NCBI GenBank assembly: GCA_028023455.1
Contig: JAQFVV010000005.1
Location: 22,382,001 to 22,446,000 of the forward strand
DNA length: 64,000 bases
Origin: Epiperipatus broadwayi
Taxonomy: Eukaryota > Animalia > Onychophora
Direction of reading: 5' to 3'
Shown here: one piece after another, positions 37,606 through 49,545 of the stretch
Layout: every line of letters begins with the position of its first letter
Numbering within the stretch: position 1 is the stretch's first letter
The notes under the pieces: generated by a model
What the model was told of the DNA's origin: nothing
Seen by the model: the letters and a program-made list of their open reading frames with translations, nothing else
Database searches by the model: none
Translations under genes and position numbers: made by a program

Positions 37606-38134
37606 GTAAGTAACATGCTAGAATTTCAATTTTTTTTATAAAAGTGTAGTTATAATCACAATTTTATATATATATAATAAGATTTTCCCCTACTAATCTT
37701 GATTCTAAAAGTTGCTTATTTATAACAAATAGCACAAAATAGCATTACGATTAACATCATAACTAATGAACAAATAACTTTTTTTAGATATATGTTGTCT
37801 AATGTCAGCAACATTTTGGAAAATAAAATTTCAATACAGGTTCATAATTTACTTAAATCTTTTTGTTATTATTATTTTTACAGAAAATAAAATCTTTCAA
37901 TATTTTTTCTTTTTATAGCATTATTTTCTATTATATGTTTTAATTTACAATCAAATTTGTTAATATGACATCTCTTAATACAGTCTTTGTTAGTAATAGT
38001 CCTTGATTTTTAAACTATTTGCAAAAAATACTTCTTCATTGACAAAAGAAAGCTGCCATATTATGTATTTTCAACAATAATGTCACCTGACTATCACATG
38101 CTTACTTAGGCTTCAAGAGCAGTTATCAGTTTAT

Positions 38135-38986
38135 TCCAGAGTCATCTACTGCAAGCTTGAGTGGTCAGTGGACATTGAATGTACAGTACTATAAAATCCC
38201 CATTTCCAGAGTGACTAGTATCTGGCTTTTGCCGTCAGCAGTAAATCTAGGATTTGTAATTACATTAGTTCCAGCTTTGATTACTAGTCTTTACTAAAAA
38301 AGATAAAATCTAGAAATTGGTTAGTCTGACAATGGGAATTTTGTAGCTGCTGTGTTCAATTAGCAGCAAGTCAATAATTGACAAAGGCAGAATTGAAATG
38401 GTAAGCTAATAGTTTAATTTAAATAACATATGAACATATTTACAAATGTACATAGCCTATTTAAGGCACATTAAAATAGTAAAAGGTCATGGTGACCTGC
38501 AAATAATAGATTCTAATTTTGCTTTTGAGCTTATAAAGACAGGAGTCTCTGAATTTTTTACATTAATACCAGAACATATAAACCAGATTCTGGGAGTTTA
38601 TATATCCCTGAAGACAAGTCTTTACAAACTTGATCAAATATGGCATTTTTACATACACATGGTATTTCTTATATACCTCACCATATATGAGGTTTTTAAC
38701 AATTCTCTGACCTTATAAGGCCAGGTATGCAACTCTATGACCTAACAACTATTGCTACACATTTATTGTTACTCACTTATTTATATAATCATTACATTAC
38801 ATACAATTATTCCACTCAATCATTACACATAATTATTGTACAAAGTTATTATTTTTATTGTACACAATTATTATACATTTATTGTTGCACACACATTTAT
38901 ATTCCTTGCTTGACTTTGAACTCTGCAATAGCATTATGGCATCTGGAGTCCACTGATTACTCAAGTTTACAGTAGATGGCTCTGGA
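38135..38986. mobile_element. Old F4 fold-back element
   Basis: TCCAGAGTCATCTACTGCAAGCTTGAGTGGTCAGTGGAC vs GTCCACTGATTACTCAAGTTTACAGTAGATGGCTCTGGA; decayed F1-like hammerhead on minus strand ~38200-38245. Confidence 0.55.
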
Positions 38987-39460
38987 GTAGGGTGAAGATA
39001 ATTGCTTTTAGTGTATTCTCCTGGTTTTCTTTTATGAATTCCCATCACTGTCCTTCCAATTCTTTTAGAAACTATCAGTTTCTCATAATCTGGATTGGTG
39101 GTCATATGCTGTGAAATAGATTTCAGCTGACAAATTTAAAATAAAATTACATGACTTATTTTCAAAATAAAATTCGTCATGATAATATATATAGCAAATT
39201 TTTTTTCTGAATAGTATGGATTGAATTAGTAAAAAAAGTTTTATGATTGTCAGGGGCAAATTTTTTAGTGTTAATTCTCATCAAAGTATTATTTTGAAAT
39301 ATGTTCACATTGAAAAAGACTGAATTTTAAATGAAATATGTTTTAATTATTACTGAATTCATTGTATATAAAACTAATAACAATGATAATGGACACTTTC
39401 TGTATGACCTTAATACATGCTATTTATTTATTTGTTAACATTTTTTGCTAAATCTAAAAT

Positions 39461-39502
39461 AACCTCTGAGGAAGATTGTTGTACAATCGAAACTGTCAGA
39501 TT
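39461..39502 (+). ncRNA. Minimal type I hammerhead motif (F5 variant, stand-alone)
   Basis: AACCT-CTGAGGA-A-GATTG(ttgta)CAATC-GAAAC-T-GTC-AGATT. Stem II covaries with GACTG/CAGTC of other copies. Confidence 0.75.
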
Positions 39503-39604
39503 TAAAGTAATAAATTAAATAAGTTATGATGGTATGTATTGAAAATATGTGGCTGAATAATTTTTTGAAACTTGAGTGTACTCTTGTTAGCATCCACTAT
39601 TTTG

Positions 39605-39981
39605 CGCAAAGGAAAAACTCTCCATACAGTAGTGCCACTCAGTGAAAGCAGAGTAATCAATGGATGCTACCAGGTTTGTGCATAAAATCCCTATCTAATG
39701 CCTACACATCAAAATCCCCAGACTAGTTTCTAACTTATGGCCTTCATCTAGGTGCAGTGTTCTCAAATCCAAGACCCTTCACTGATGAAGGCCACAAGTT
39801 AGAAACTAGTCTGGGAATATTGGATGAGTAAGCATTAGATAGAGATTTTATGCACAAACCTAGAATCCATTGATTATTCTGGTGTGCACTGAGTGGCACA
39901 ACTGTATGGAGAGTTTTGCATCTGTGTTATCAGCTTGTGTAAGCATAAAGAATGGTGATCATGTGATGTTTAATGGTTTAA
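39605..39981 (+). mobile_element. F1 full fold-back element; hammerhead at 39776-39817
   Basis: ~140 bp arms plus tail. Degenerate direct repeat CATCCASTATWTTG at 39591-39604 and 39982-39995. Confidence 0.8.
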
Positions 39982-40133
39982 CATCCAGTATATTGTTTGA
40001 AATGTGAAGTAAGTTTTTAAGATTATGAGGGTAACGTCTTTAATGTTAGTAGAGATCATAATATACTTTAAAATATGTTCCCTTTGAAAAAGGCTAAATT
40101 CTAATGAAACCATTTATTAATTATTATTAATTT

Positions 40134-40551
40134 TATAAATCTATAAATGCTTTGTGCACAGACAATGAAGCTTTGGATTTAATTGTATATTAAGCTAAGC
40201 GCTTTTGTAAGATACACACTCCCATGTTCATAGCTAGGTGTGTAATGAGAAAATATCTGTAATGCATATGATATGCAAATATGTGTAAATTTGAGTGCAT
40301 CATTTACAACGTCCATTTTCTTGATATGAAGAAGCAATCTCTTCATATCAAGAAAATGTGTAAATAATGTGCTCAAATTTACACATATTTGCATATCATA
40401 TGCATTACAGATATTTTCTCATTACTAGCTATGAATATGGGAGAGCGTATCTCCTGAAAGCACTTAGCTTAATATACAATTAAATCTAAAGTTTCCTTGT
40501 CTGCATGCAAAGCACCATAGATTTATATACATCATTGAAGTCAAATCTTAT
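40134..40551 (+). mobile_element. F7 fold-back element
   Basis: Arms 40134-~40332 and ~40342-40527, tail 40528-40551. Direct repeat TTATTAATTTTATA at 40124-40137 and 40552-40565. Confidence 0.8.
40427..40469 (+). ncRNA. Hammerhead-like motif with A3-U8 core variant
   Basis: AGCT-ATGAATA-T-GGGAG(agcgtat)CTCCT-GAAA-GCAC-TT-AGCT. The opposite arm (40193-40235, minus) has GCGC, giving palindromic AGCGCT. Confidence 0.5.
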
Positions 40552-40941
40552 TTATTAATTTTATAGTAAATATAAGTCACATTTTGCAGAAAATTTAATA
40601 CATGCAATTTGTTCATTATTAAACATTTTTTGCTGAACAAAATAAAAGTTTGGAGGAAAACCATTGTATAATTAAAACAATCAGTTTAGATTTGAAAATA
40701 ATAAACAAATTGGATATGAAATCATTGTAGTTATTATTTATATTTGCTGTAATGCTGTGCATCTGGAAAGGGCAGACTAAAAAAGTAGATTTTATTTATT
40801 ATTTCTAATTTTATCAAGCAAGTAACAATAAAATATCATTTGACTTCCATTTACTTTTAATCTTATGTAAGATGACAGGAATGAAATAAAAGAAATAGAT
40901 TTGCTACTTAATTTTACTAAAGGTAATTAAAATTTGTGTAG

Positions 40942-41067
40942 GTATTGTTTCTGATGTTTGCCAACCGAAAAAATGTCCTGTAAGATCAAGATGTCAAGTC
41001 AGAAATAAAGTGGCATTTTGTATTTGTGATAATGGCAAAATTTTAGAAAATGAAGATGATTCGTGTG
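40942..41067 (+). CDS. EGF-like exon 9 (type D)
   Basis: tgtag|...|gtgagt, 126 nt: IVSDVCQPKKCPVRSRCQVRNKVAFCICDNGKILENEDDSC. Confidence 0.9.
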
Positions 41068-42070
41068 GTGAGTATATTTTCTTTTGTTATTTATTTGAAA
41101 TAAGTAATATTCTAAGTATGCCAAAACCCATGATAGTGATAATATAAATTGTTTTTAACATACCACAAGTATCTGAAAACCATTGGCATAGATAGATTAA
41201 TTATTACTTGGTTATAATTTTATATTTTATAGACCTTAAAATGTAATGTGTGAACCTGTCCAACTTGTTACTACACACAATTTAGTTTAATTGTCTAATG
41301 GTGGATTCAAGGATTTAACATTTCTGGCTAGAGATTTAATTCATTTATGGTGGTTGAATATCTGATCTTCAGAATCAACTAACATTTAATTATTGTTTTA
41401 CTAAATAGAATGTTATGTTTATATAAGAGTCATATTTGGGAGTTGAATCAATTGCTAGTAGAGATTATTTATTGTTATTATTTTTAACTTCGATTAATGT
41501 GAACCTTCCAGTTGCACTTTCATCATTGCATATTGGAGAAACACAACATGTCTTCTATGATATAAGATCTACAGACTGTGGATGATAGAAAGACCACTAG
41601 TTCTATAATGAATTGCAGTTATAATTATTTAGTTTAGAATAGTTAACAGAGAGTATCCGTAGATCATAGTTAATTATTAGCAGGCATTAGCTGTATGAAA
41701 TTAAAATATTACTGTGACAATATGAATTAGATAATATTATTTTCTAGCCAAAAACATCAGCTCTTTTAGAAGTAAATAATTTTCTAGCAGAGGGCAGCAA
41801 TAGTGTCTGTTCTGTATAAATGCAATAGAAAAATGACTTCATCTGGGCTTATAATAAAAAATGGAAACTAAGGTTATAATGCCTTTTCGATTGAAATACT
41901 AAGATATAGAAAGCAAGAATAAAATAACACTTTATTTAAATTAATAATATAATAATGAAAATAGTTCTAATTTATAAATGAGTGTGTTTAGTTTTGTAAT
42001 ATATTTATTTGTTTAACATTATTTTGTGCTATTTTTTAGTTATACCATTAATGGTATTATATTATTCTAG

Positions 42071-42193
42071 AGCCTCTCAAATGTACCGCTGATTCCTGTG
42101 CCAAAGCAGCAAAATGTTTTGTGAAGGGTAATACGATTGTCTGCATTTGTCCCAATGGTACAGAGGGTGAACCTTATCATGAAGGATGTAGTG
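42071..42193 (+). CDS. EGF-like exon 10 (type A)
   Basis: ttctag|...|gtgaga, 123 nt: PLKCTADSCAKAAKCFVKGNTIVCICPNGTEGEPYHEGCS. Confidence 0.92.
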
Positions 42194-42705
42194 GTGAGAC
42201 TTAATGTTTTTAAACCATTTTAATAATACATATTTAGACATGGGTTTATTCATGACTGTAGTAGCATTCTACTCATATTCATGTAAATAATAAAATATTT
42301 TTAGTGCTGAGAAATATATACTTCAGAGATATATATTATATCAGCATAGCCTTCATAAATCAGTAGAATATTAGCAATTACTTATTAAGGCAATGATCTT
42401 TCATATATAAAATCCAATAAAAATATTATCCTTTTTTATTGTTATTAATTTTATTAATAATAATTGTGATAGTTTATAGATAAATTATTACGGCAATATT
42501 ACAATTAGATAGTAAATGGAATCCTTTTATTGCTAAGTCTTAATAATAGAAAATTGATATTCTATTGGTTTGTTTAAGCATGAGGACAGAGCTATTTGGC
42601 ACTTATGGTTTGTTATTTAGAAATTAATTTAAGTAGTTCTTTGGGAATTTAGCTTGAGAATTAGCTTAGTAATATATTCAAATATATTTATTTCAAAAAT
42701 AAGTT

Positions 42706-43030
42706 TATATTGCTTATAATACTTCATTCATATACACTTTAATGCAAGTAATTTTCTTAACCTTCTTTATTTTCTTACAGTTTCGACTGTCCAGCAGTCA
42801 TCGTCAGAGCTATATCTTCCTTAGTTTTAACTTTAATTAAAATGCTAAAAACTTTAATTAAAACTAAGGAAGATATAGCTCTGACGAAGACTGCTGGACA
42901 GTCGAAACTGTAAGAAAATAAAGAAGGTTAAGAAAATTACTTGCATTAAAGTGTATATGAATGAAGTATTATAAGCAATATATATGATTATATGAAGATA
43001 TGCAAAGAAAGTGAAGGAGAAGAATAACAT
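42706..43030 (+). mobile_element. F5 near-perfect fold-back with hammerheads on both strands
   Basis: ~120 bp arms (42706-~42826 / ~42860-42982), one mismatch; tail 42983-43030. Direct repeat AATAAGTTTATATT at 42698-42711 and 43031-43044. Confidence 0.88.
42879..42914 (+). ncRNA. Minimal type I hammerhead motif (F5)
   Basis: CT-CTGACGA-A-GACTG(ctgga)CAGTC-GAAAC-T-GTA-AG; mirror copy on minus strand 42774-42809. Stem I is only 2 bp here. Confidence 0.65.
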
Positions 43031-43349
43031 AATAAGTTTATATTCTCAATATTAGTTATTTTATAAACCAACGCATACATAGAAAATATTTCAATTGTTT
43101 AATCTGTAAATTACAAGTGTTCTAATATAGATATCTTATAATTTAATATAAACAAACATTTGATCTTTATTTGTAGTCATATATATTTGCTAATTGTAAA
43201 ATTTGACAATTGCTTACGTTGAATATAACTGTTAAACACAATGAAATATAGATTTAGTGTAATTATAAAAGTATATAAGACTAGTATATTTAGAATTGAT
43301 TTTACTCCATTCTAATTAAGTAAATTTAATTCATAAATAAACTAAACAT

Positions 43350-43604
43350 TATTAACACAGGCAAAACTCTCCATACAGTAGTGCCACTTTGTGCCAACCA
43401 GAGTAATTATTAGATCCTAAGATCTAGGTGTAGTGCTCTCAGATCCAAAGCTCCTCCCTGATGAAGGCCACAAGCCAGAAACTAGTCTGGGGATATTGGA
43501 TGAGTAGGCACTAGATGGGGATTTTATGCACAAGTTTTTTGGCATACATTGTTTATTCTGGTTGGCACTGAGTGGCACTACTGGTGATCATGTGATGTTT
43601 AGTG
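43350..43604 (+). mobile_element. F1 element with short inverted arm; hammerhead at 43452-43493
   Basis: Direct repeat ATAAACTAAACAT at 43337-43349 and 43605-43617. Confidence 0.8.
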
Positions 43605-43776
43605 ATAAACTAAACATAAGTGTAAAACATCTATCATAACAAATCATATCTTTTTTTTTCTTCTGTCATAAACATTAAATTAAAATTCTTTATTTTCATT
43701 GATTTTGTGTTTACATTTTTGACTATAAGTTTATTTGGTAAAAGATTCTATTATAATATATTTGTTCATAATATAG

Positions 43777-43899
43777 CTAAAAAAGTGGACTTGTGTTCTC
43801 CAAATCCCTGTCCTCCAAATAGCAGATGTGCTCACCAAAATGGAAAGATTTTTTGTATATGCCCAGATAACAAGAAAGTCAAACCAGGAGAACAGTGTT
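43777..43899 (+). CDS. EGF-like exon 11 (type E)
   Basis: atatag|...|gtaagt, 123 nt: KKVDLCSPNPCPPNSRCAHQNGKIFCICPDNKKVKPGEQC. Confidence 0.9.
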
Positions 43900-44199
43900 G
43901 TAAGTAAAAGCTTATAAAATAAATCAGTTTGCAAACTATAACATTTTGTAATCTTTATTAATTATTGCTCATTATCATGTGACTTCTCTAAAAAGCTTTT
44001 CTCATACATTACATTGGCAGATCCATTCTGTTCTTCACTAATACTACCATAAGTATTTCTATAAAGTCAACTATTAATTTCATTTTCCATTTATTTTAAT
44101 TATATTTTTTATAGAAACCTCTAAATCTGTGCATATAATCTCCATATCTCTAATGTGTTATTGTAAATTTCCTCTGTTAACTATTGCTATTTTGCTTCT

Positions 44200-44960
44200 A
44201 CTAATTACAATATGTGAATTTGTTTATTAATGTTATTTTTATTATTCAATCTAGTTGTGCTGTTATTCTAGTGTGGCTGGTTTCATTATTATATCTTCTA
44301 TTGTTGCAATTTTTATTTCAGTTATTGCTATAATATTATTATTGCTTTCTACTATTAATCAAGGTGGGGTGTTACTTCTATTTTTGTTGCTTTTGGTAAC
44401 CGTTTCTATTGTTGCTATTGATTTATGTCTGTTTGTTCTTGCTCTATCTCTATTACTGTTATTGCTTGTGTTTTAATTCTTGTTTTTGCTATTTGTAACT
44501 GTTGCAATAACTATTGTTGTAGACTTATATTTTATATATTGTTATTGTTGCTTTTTCTTTTAATTCTATTGCTAATGCTCATGATATTGTCTCTGCTATT
44601 GTTTTTTAGTTCTCTTCATTGGTGAATCTACTATTACTGCTGTTATTCTTTTCTAACTGAGTTTCTTGTGTTATATTTCTGTTGCATGGTTTTTATTGGT
44701 CCTTTTATTACTATTGCTTCTGGTGTTATTTTTTATTATTGTTGCATCTAGTCATTTTTACTATTTTATTGTTACTGCTTCTTCAGAGTTGTCATTAATT
44801 GCTATTGAAGTTTTAGCTATTTCCTCTGTTAATTTTTCACCACTGTTTTGCTACTTTTCTTCCATTGTTACTACTGTTTTTTCTTTTAATTTTGTTTTTG
44901 CTGTAGTTTCTTGGTTATTATTTTTACTCTTTTGATGTCTTCTAAAGTTATCTTTTTTAC
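44200..44960. repeat. Degenerate T-rich trinucleotide (TTG/TTA/CTA) low-complexity tract
   Basis: Visible 3-nt periodicity with no long open frame on either strand. Confidence 0.6.
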
Positions 44961-45027
44961 TTTTTCATTTTTAACATTATCACTACTATAATTCGATTGT
45001 CAAACTTAATTAATGATTATATTTTAG

Positions 45028-45156
45028 GTGAAAATATTGTTTGTGAGCCTGATTCTGACTGTGGTGATGAAAATGCTATTTGTGAAGTTAATTGCAATGA
45101 TGTTATTTGTAAATGCCCACCTGGAATGATAGGAGAACCTCCGGATATAAGATGCC
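45028..45156 (+). CDS. EGF-like exon 12 (type F, extra Cys)
   Basis: ttttag|...|gtaagt, 129 nt: ENIVCEPDSDCGDENAICEVNCNDVICKCPPGMIGEPPDIRC (7 Cys within the exon). Confidence 0.9.
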
Positions 45157-46874
45157 GTAAGTAAATTAGAAATTGTTTTATTTTCATTTAATAAAATGTA
45201 GTATTAGCATAAAACTGAAGTTACAAAAATGTTTATTTAGTTCCTGTTGGCTTAGATTTAAAATTTTACATCAAATTTTAAGATATTAAATTAAATGTTA
45301 TAAAGTAATTGCTAAATGCATAAATACGTTAGTTCCAACTTTGTATCTTAAATCATCACTAGTGAAAGCAAAAGACAAAAATCATTCTAATGGTATGGAC
45401 ATAACAGCATTATCATTGAGAGTCCATTAATTACTCAAGATTCTAATAGATGGAGCTAGATTAGAGCACTGCTCTTGGAAGCATATGTTAATATTTATGC
45501 TAATTAAAGTCCTGATGTTTTGTTATATTTTTGCAAGCTAATATCAATAAAGTCCATTTTTTAGTTAACAGTTATTCATAGGCACAAAATCTAGTACCCA
45601 TATAAGAACTTTTTTCTCTTATTAATAATCCTTCTCAAAGTTATTGATTATTACTACTAACTTTATCCTTATTATTCCATTTGGAAAAAATGATGTCAAT
45701 GAAGTATAAGTGATCAGTCACACAGGACATTTGTCTTTATTCATATGTTTCATGAGTTATTAAAATGGGAAAAGTTCTCTATGCAGTAGTGCCATTCAAG
45801 AAATGATGATCATGTGATGTTTCAAGAGTATGTGATGGAGTGGAGATTAATAAGTACATCTATATGTGATTCCTTTATCATTTAATTAAAACATTAGTGA
45901 AATAATTGAGAAATGATCACATGTATTTATAATAGATTGCATTGTTCAGTAACCATTAATATGTGCTATCAGATATAAAATATAGCATGGAGTTATAAAG
46001 GTCTTGAATGATTCATTGAAGTATACATAGAAGTCAGTGTTTACACATTCCTATAATTTTATTTATTGTAGAGTATTCGTTGGTATGTTTTGGGCATTAT
46101 AATTGCTCAATACAGTGATATTACAAGACTAAACTGATCAATGAAATATTAGATATAATAGCATTTTCATTTTACAATAGATGGCTCTGAAATAGAGTGA
46201 AGAGAAATGTCCCTGCCATATTTATTATATCTAAGCTAAGATAATCATGTATTATTTGTTAGTTTAATAATTACTATTACAACAATTTTGATAATGGCAA
46301 TCTTTTTTATTTTATTTTAGAATTCTGGGTAGTTGAGACTTATGCCCAATGTGGCCACTTGATGGCGCTGTTGCTTGAAAAATAATGAAATGTAATGATA
46401 CCAGGCCGATAATTTTTTGTGTTCTGTTCTCCGACAATTTTTCAACATATTTTTCAAAAATTTATGAACCAACAAAATCATTGAGCACCAGTTGGCAGTT
46501 CAAATTTATTTGTATAGTGATAACTAGTCTAGTAAGTTTTCTTGGGTTCTCAACCTTAGGAAATTTAAAAATGTTAAGCTATTATCTTGAATAGGATAAT
46601 ATGAACCATTGAAAGACTGCTAAGTATAACAGCACTTTCTAATTAAAAGAAAGCTGAAGTTCAAAAAGTAGTTATAGAAATTAATTGTTCTGCCTTCTGT
46701 GTAATTGAATGCTTATATCTATAGAGCTGGCTTTAAACGGAAGACAAAAAGGGAATTTTATAGTCTGATGAGCTAATTCAGTTTAGGACATTCTTTACCC
46801 TCATTGGAAACTACAAATACACTTTTAAATGAGTCCTAAATATTAACCTTATTTAATATCTGGATTAATTATTT

Positions 46875-47125
46875 AAATAAAAGCTTAAATTATACTTCAA
46901 ATCACACATTCTATGAGTAAAAATAAAGGTCACTATTGTTGTCTAATGCATGAAATAACTAATGAGATAATGTGATCTTGAATTGGTGCACTGTTCAATT
47001 TTGCTGTTGAAATAAAATAAAAGCTTGAATTATACTTCAAATCAAGTATTCTATGGGTAAAAATAAGTCACCATTACTGTTTAAAGTATAAAATAACTAA
47101 TGAGATTTGTATGATCTTGAGTTGG
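46875..47125. repeat. Old 140 bp tandem duplication
   Basis: AAATAAAAGCTT.AATTATACTTCAAATCA...AATAACTAATGAGAT...TGATCTTGA at 46875 and 47015. Confidence 0.7.
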
Positions 47126-47647
47126 TATAATATATATTTGCAATTTTTCTGCCATAAGATTATAAGATTAATTTGTTAAGATATATAGATTGTGGATTAA
47201 TTCTTAGCCAAAGAATTGAACAAATGAATTGGCTTGTGTTCAAATTATTGAATTTCTGAAATAAAGAAACAGTATGTGATGCGCCAGTTCACATGTGTGA
47301 ATAAAGGCTAACTAGTCCAATATCATCATGAGAATCAGTTGGCATTGCCATTAGTGTTCATTGAGTAAACGATGTTCATGTAACTGGTTGTAAATAGAGG
47401 TGACCACTATTTATCAATCCATTGTTTATATCATAAGGAAAAAGTAGAATTCTATTGCTTTTAACCATGGAGTTTGCTGGAAATCTAATTGTTGTATTAA
47501 GTTTAGAGATTTCATATCAAAGACTAAGATCTGTTGAATTAATATAAAGTGCCATAAAGATTTATTGTTAATCAGTTAGTTTTAATGTAATTGTTAACAA
47601 TAAAACTGAATGCTAGAGTGAGCAAATATAATTTTATTTTTTGTCAG

Positions 47648-47770
47648 AACTCAAGTGCAGTAATACATCATGTGCACCTGGGGCCATTTGTAAGGAAGAT
47701 GGTTATGCCAAGATCACTTGCACTTGCCGACCTGGAACTATTGGTGATCCTTATAAACAAGGGTGTCGAG
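47648..47770 (+). CDS. EGF-like exon 13 (A-like)
   Basis: ttgtcag|...|gtatga, 123 nt: LKCSNTSCAPGAICKEDGYAKITCTCRPGTIGDPYKQGCR. Confidence 0.92.
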
Positions 47771-48542
47771 GTATGACTTTTTATCTTATTTTTTGTTGTT
47801 TTTTTTTAAAGAAACCAAATGCCTGAAAGTTGGTCAGTGGCTCTGAATTATCTATTTAATTCATCATAAGTACTTAAATATTGCAATTGGGTTAGAATGA
47901 TATATTAAAAAAAAAAAATTTTGTAACTAATAAACTTCCAATTCTGTCTTTGTTTTTATTTTTCATTTAAAATGATAAAAAAAAATCATGTGACATTTTA
48001 AATTGCGTCATAAAAAAATATTTTTTTTCATCTGTAAAATATTTTCAATTTTTCAAAATATTAAAATGTATCAAGTTATATTAGCAGTTTTTTTTTTTAA
48101 AAAAAAAATACTTAAGAAGATAAGATAATTCTTCAAGACATTTTAAAAAAGATTAACAAAGAAAAGAAACCACAGGAATTAGATTTCAAAAAAGTAACCT
48201 GCTATGTGCTGAAATCAAAACAAAAAACAATAACTTTATTAAATTAAATAAATCAATTTAATCCAGATAATTTACAGAACTTTTAAAAGTTAGGCAGTGA
48301 AAAATGAAAATAAAGTATATGTTGATTACAATTACTTAGATATAGACCCAAAGTCTACAAAAAAAAAAAAAGATCCGGATAACTTATAGCAAGCATTAGG
48401 TTTCTTTTGGTATCTATGAAGAACAGGATTACTAGGCAAATAAATCTCTCATATTGGTTTAATTCATCTTTTACATTCTTGTCAATTAAATTTTAAACTA
48501 CGGATGTTTATTAATTTTTAAGAATAATATAATGCTGTTTGA

Positions 48543-48889
48543 TATTAAACAGGCAGAACTATCAATGGATGCCAGAAGACTTTTGCATAAAATCCCCTCT
48601 AGTGCCTACTCATCCAATATCACCAGACTAGTTTCTGGCTTGTGGCATTTGCCAGTGAGAAGCCTTGGATTTGAGATCCTAAGATCTAGCTTCTCACTGA
48701 CGAAGGCCACAAGCCAGAAACTAGTCTGGGGATATTGGATGAGTAAGCACTAGATAGAGATTTTATGCACAAGCCTTCTGGTATCCATTGATTACTCTGG
48801 TTGGCACTGGGTGGCACTATTGTAAGAAGAGTTTTGCCTGTTTAATAACAGTTATGTGCTAGTGTAAGAGATGGTGATCATGTGAAGTT
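48543..48889 (+). mobile_element. F1 fold-back element; hammerhead at 48691-48732
   Basis: Direct repeat TAATGCTGTTTGATA at 48530-48544 and 48890-48904. Motif TTCTCA-CTGACGA-AGGCCACAAGCCA-GAAA-CTAG-TC-TGGGGA. Confidence 0.85.
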
Positions 48890-49425
48890 TAATGCTGTTT
48901 GATACCTTGTCGCAATTGGTCACTATTAGTAAAGAATTAACTTGGTCAGTTACTGAAACTTACATTTTATGTTTTGATGAAATAATATTTATTGAAAGTA
49001 GATCTGGTAGTGATTGTAAGGTTAATAGTAGTGTCATTCTACGAAAAAATTCTGGGGTTTAGGATAAAGCGAAAAGGTTAAAAAGCATTATGAAAGCTGA
49101 GGTCATATGATGTTTTGGTTTTCACTTAAACATTACAAATAAATTATCTCAACTGATCAAAGCTTTTTAAACAATGAAAAAATCTAAAAAAAATAAATAA
49201 ATTATAATATCAATCACAATTAAAAAAGGATAGTGTAAAGTGTATTTTAGCATTATTTGAAAGTAAATTTATAATGCTCATAAATAAGTATTCTATTTCA
49301 GTATTGGATTAATCTGTTGGGTTTTTTATTTTATTTTACTATGCAATAATTATTTATTGTGATCATTGAATTCAGTGTATATTTGTTTTTTTATTTTATT
49401 ACATTTTTCACTTGTGTTTTTTTAG

Positions 49426-49545
49426 AACAACCCGGTCCTTGTGAATTAAAGAGCTGTGGAAAGAATGCCATTTGCATTGTTCGCGGTAATCGAGGTGAAT
49501 GTCGATGTGGAGAAGGGAGTACTGGAGATCCCGATAAAATGTGCA
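49426..49545 (+). CDS. EGF-like exon 14 (type C)
   Basis: tttttag|...|gtaagt, 120 nt: QPGPCELKSCGKNAICIVRGNRGECRCGEGSTGDPDKMC. Confidence 0.93.

Noticed and set aside
44255-44935. Hydrophobic ORFs as membrane proteins or a transmembrane exon
   Set aside because: By-product of a T-rich trinucleotide tract; no convincing splice sites or conserved motifs.
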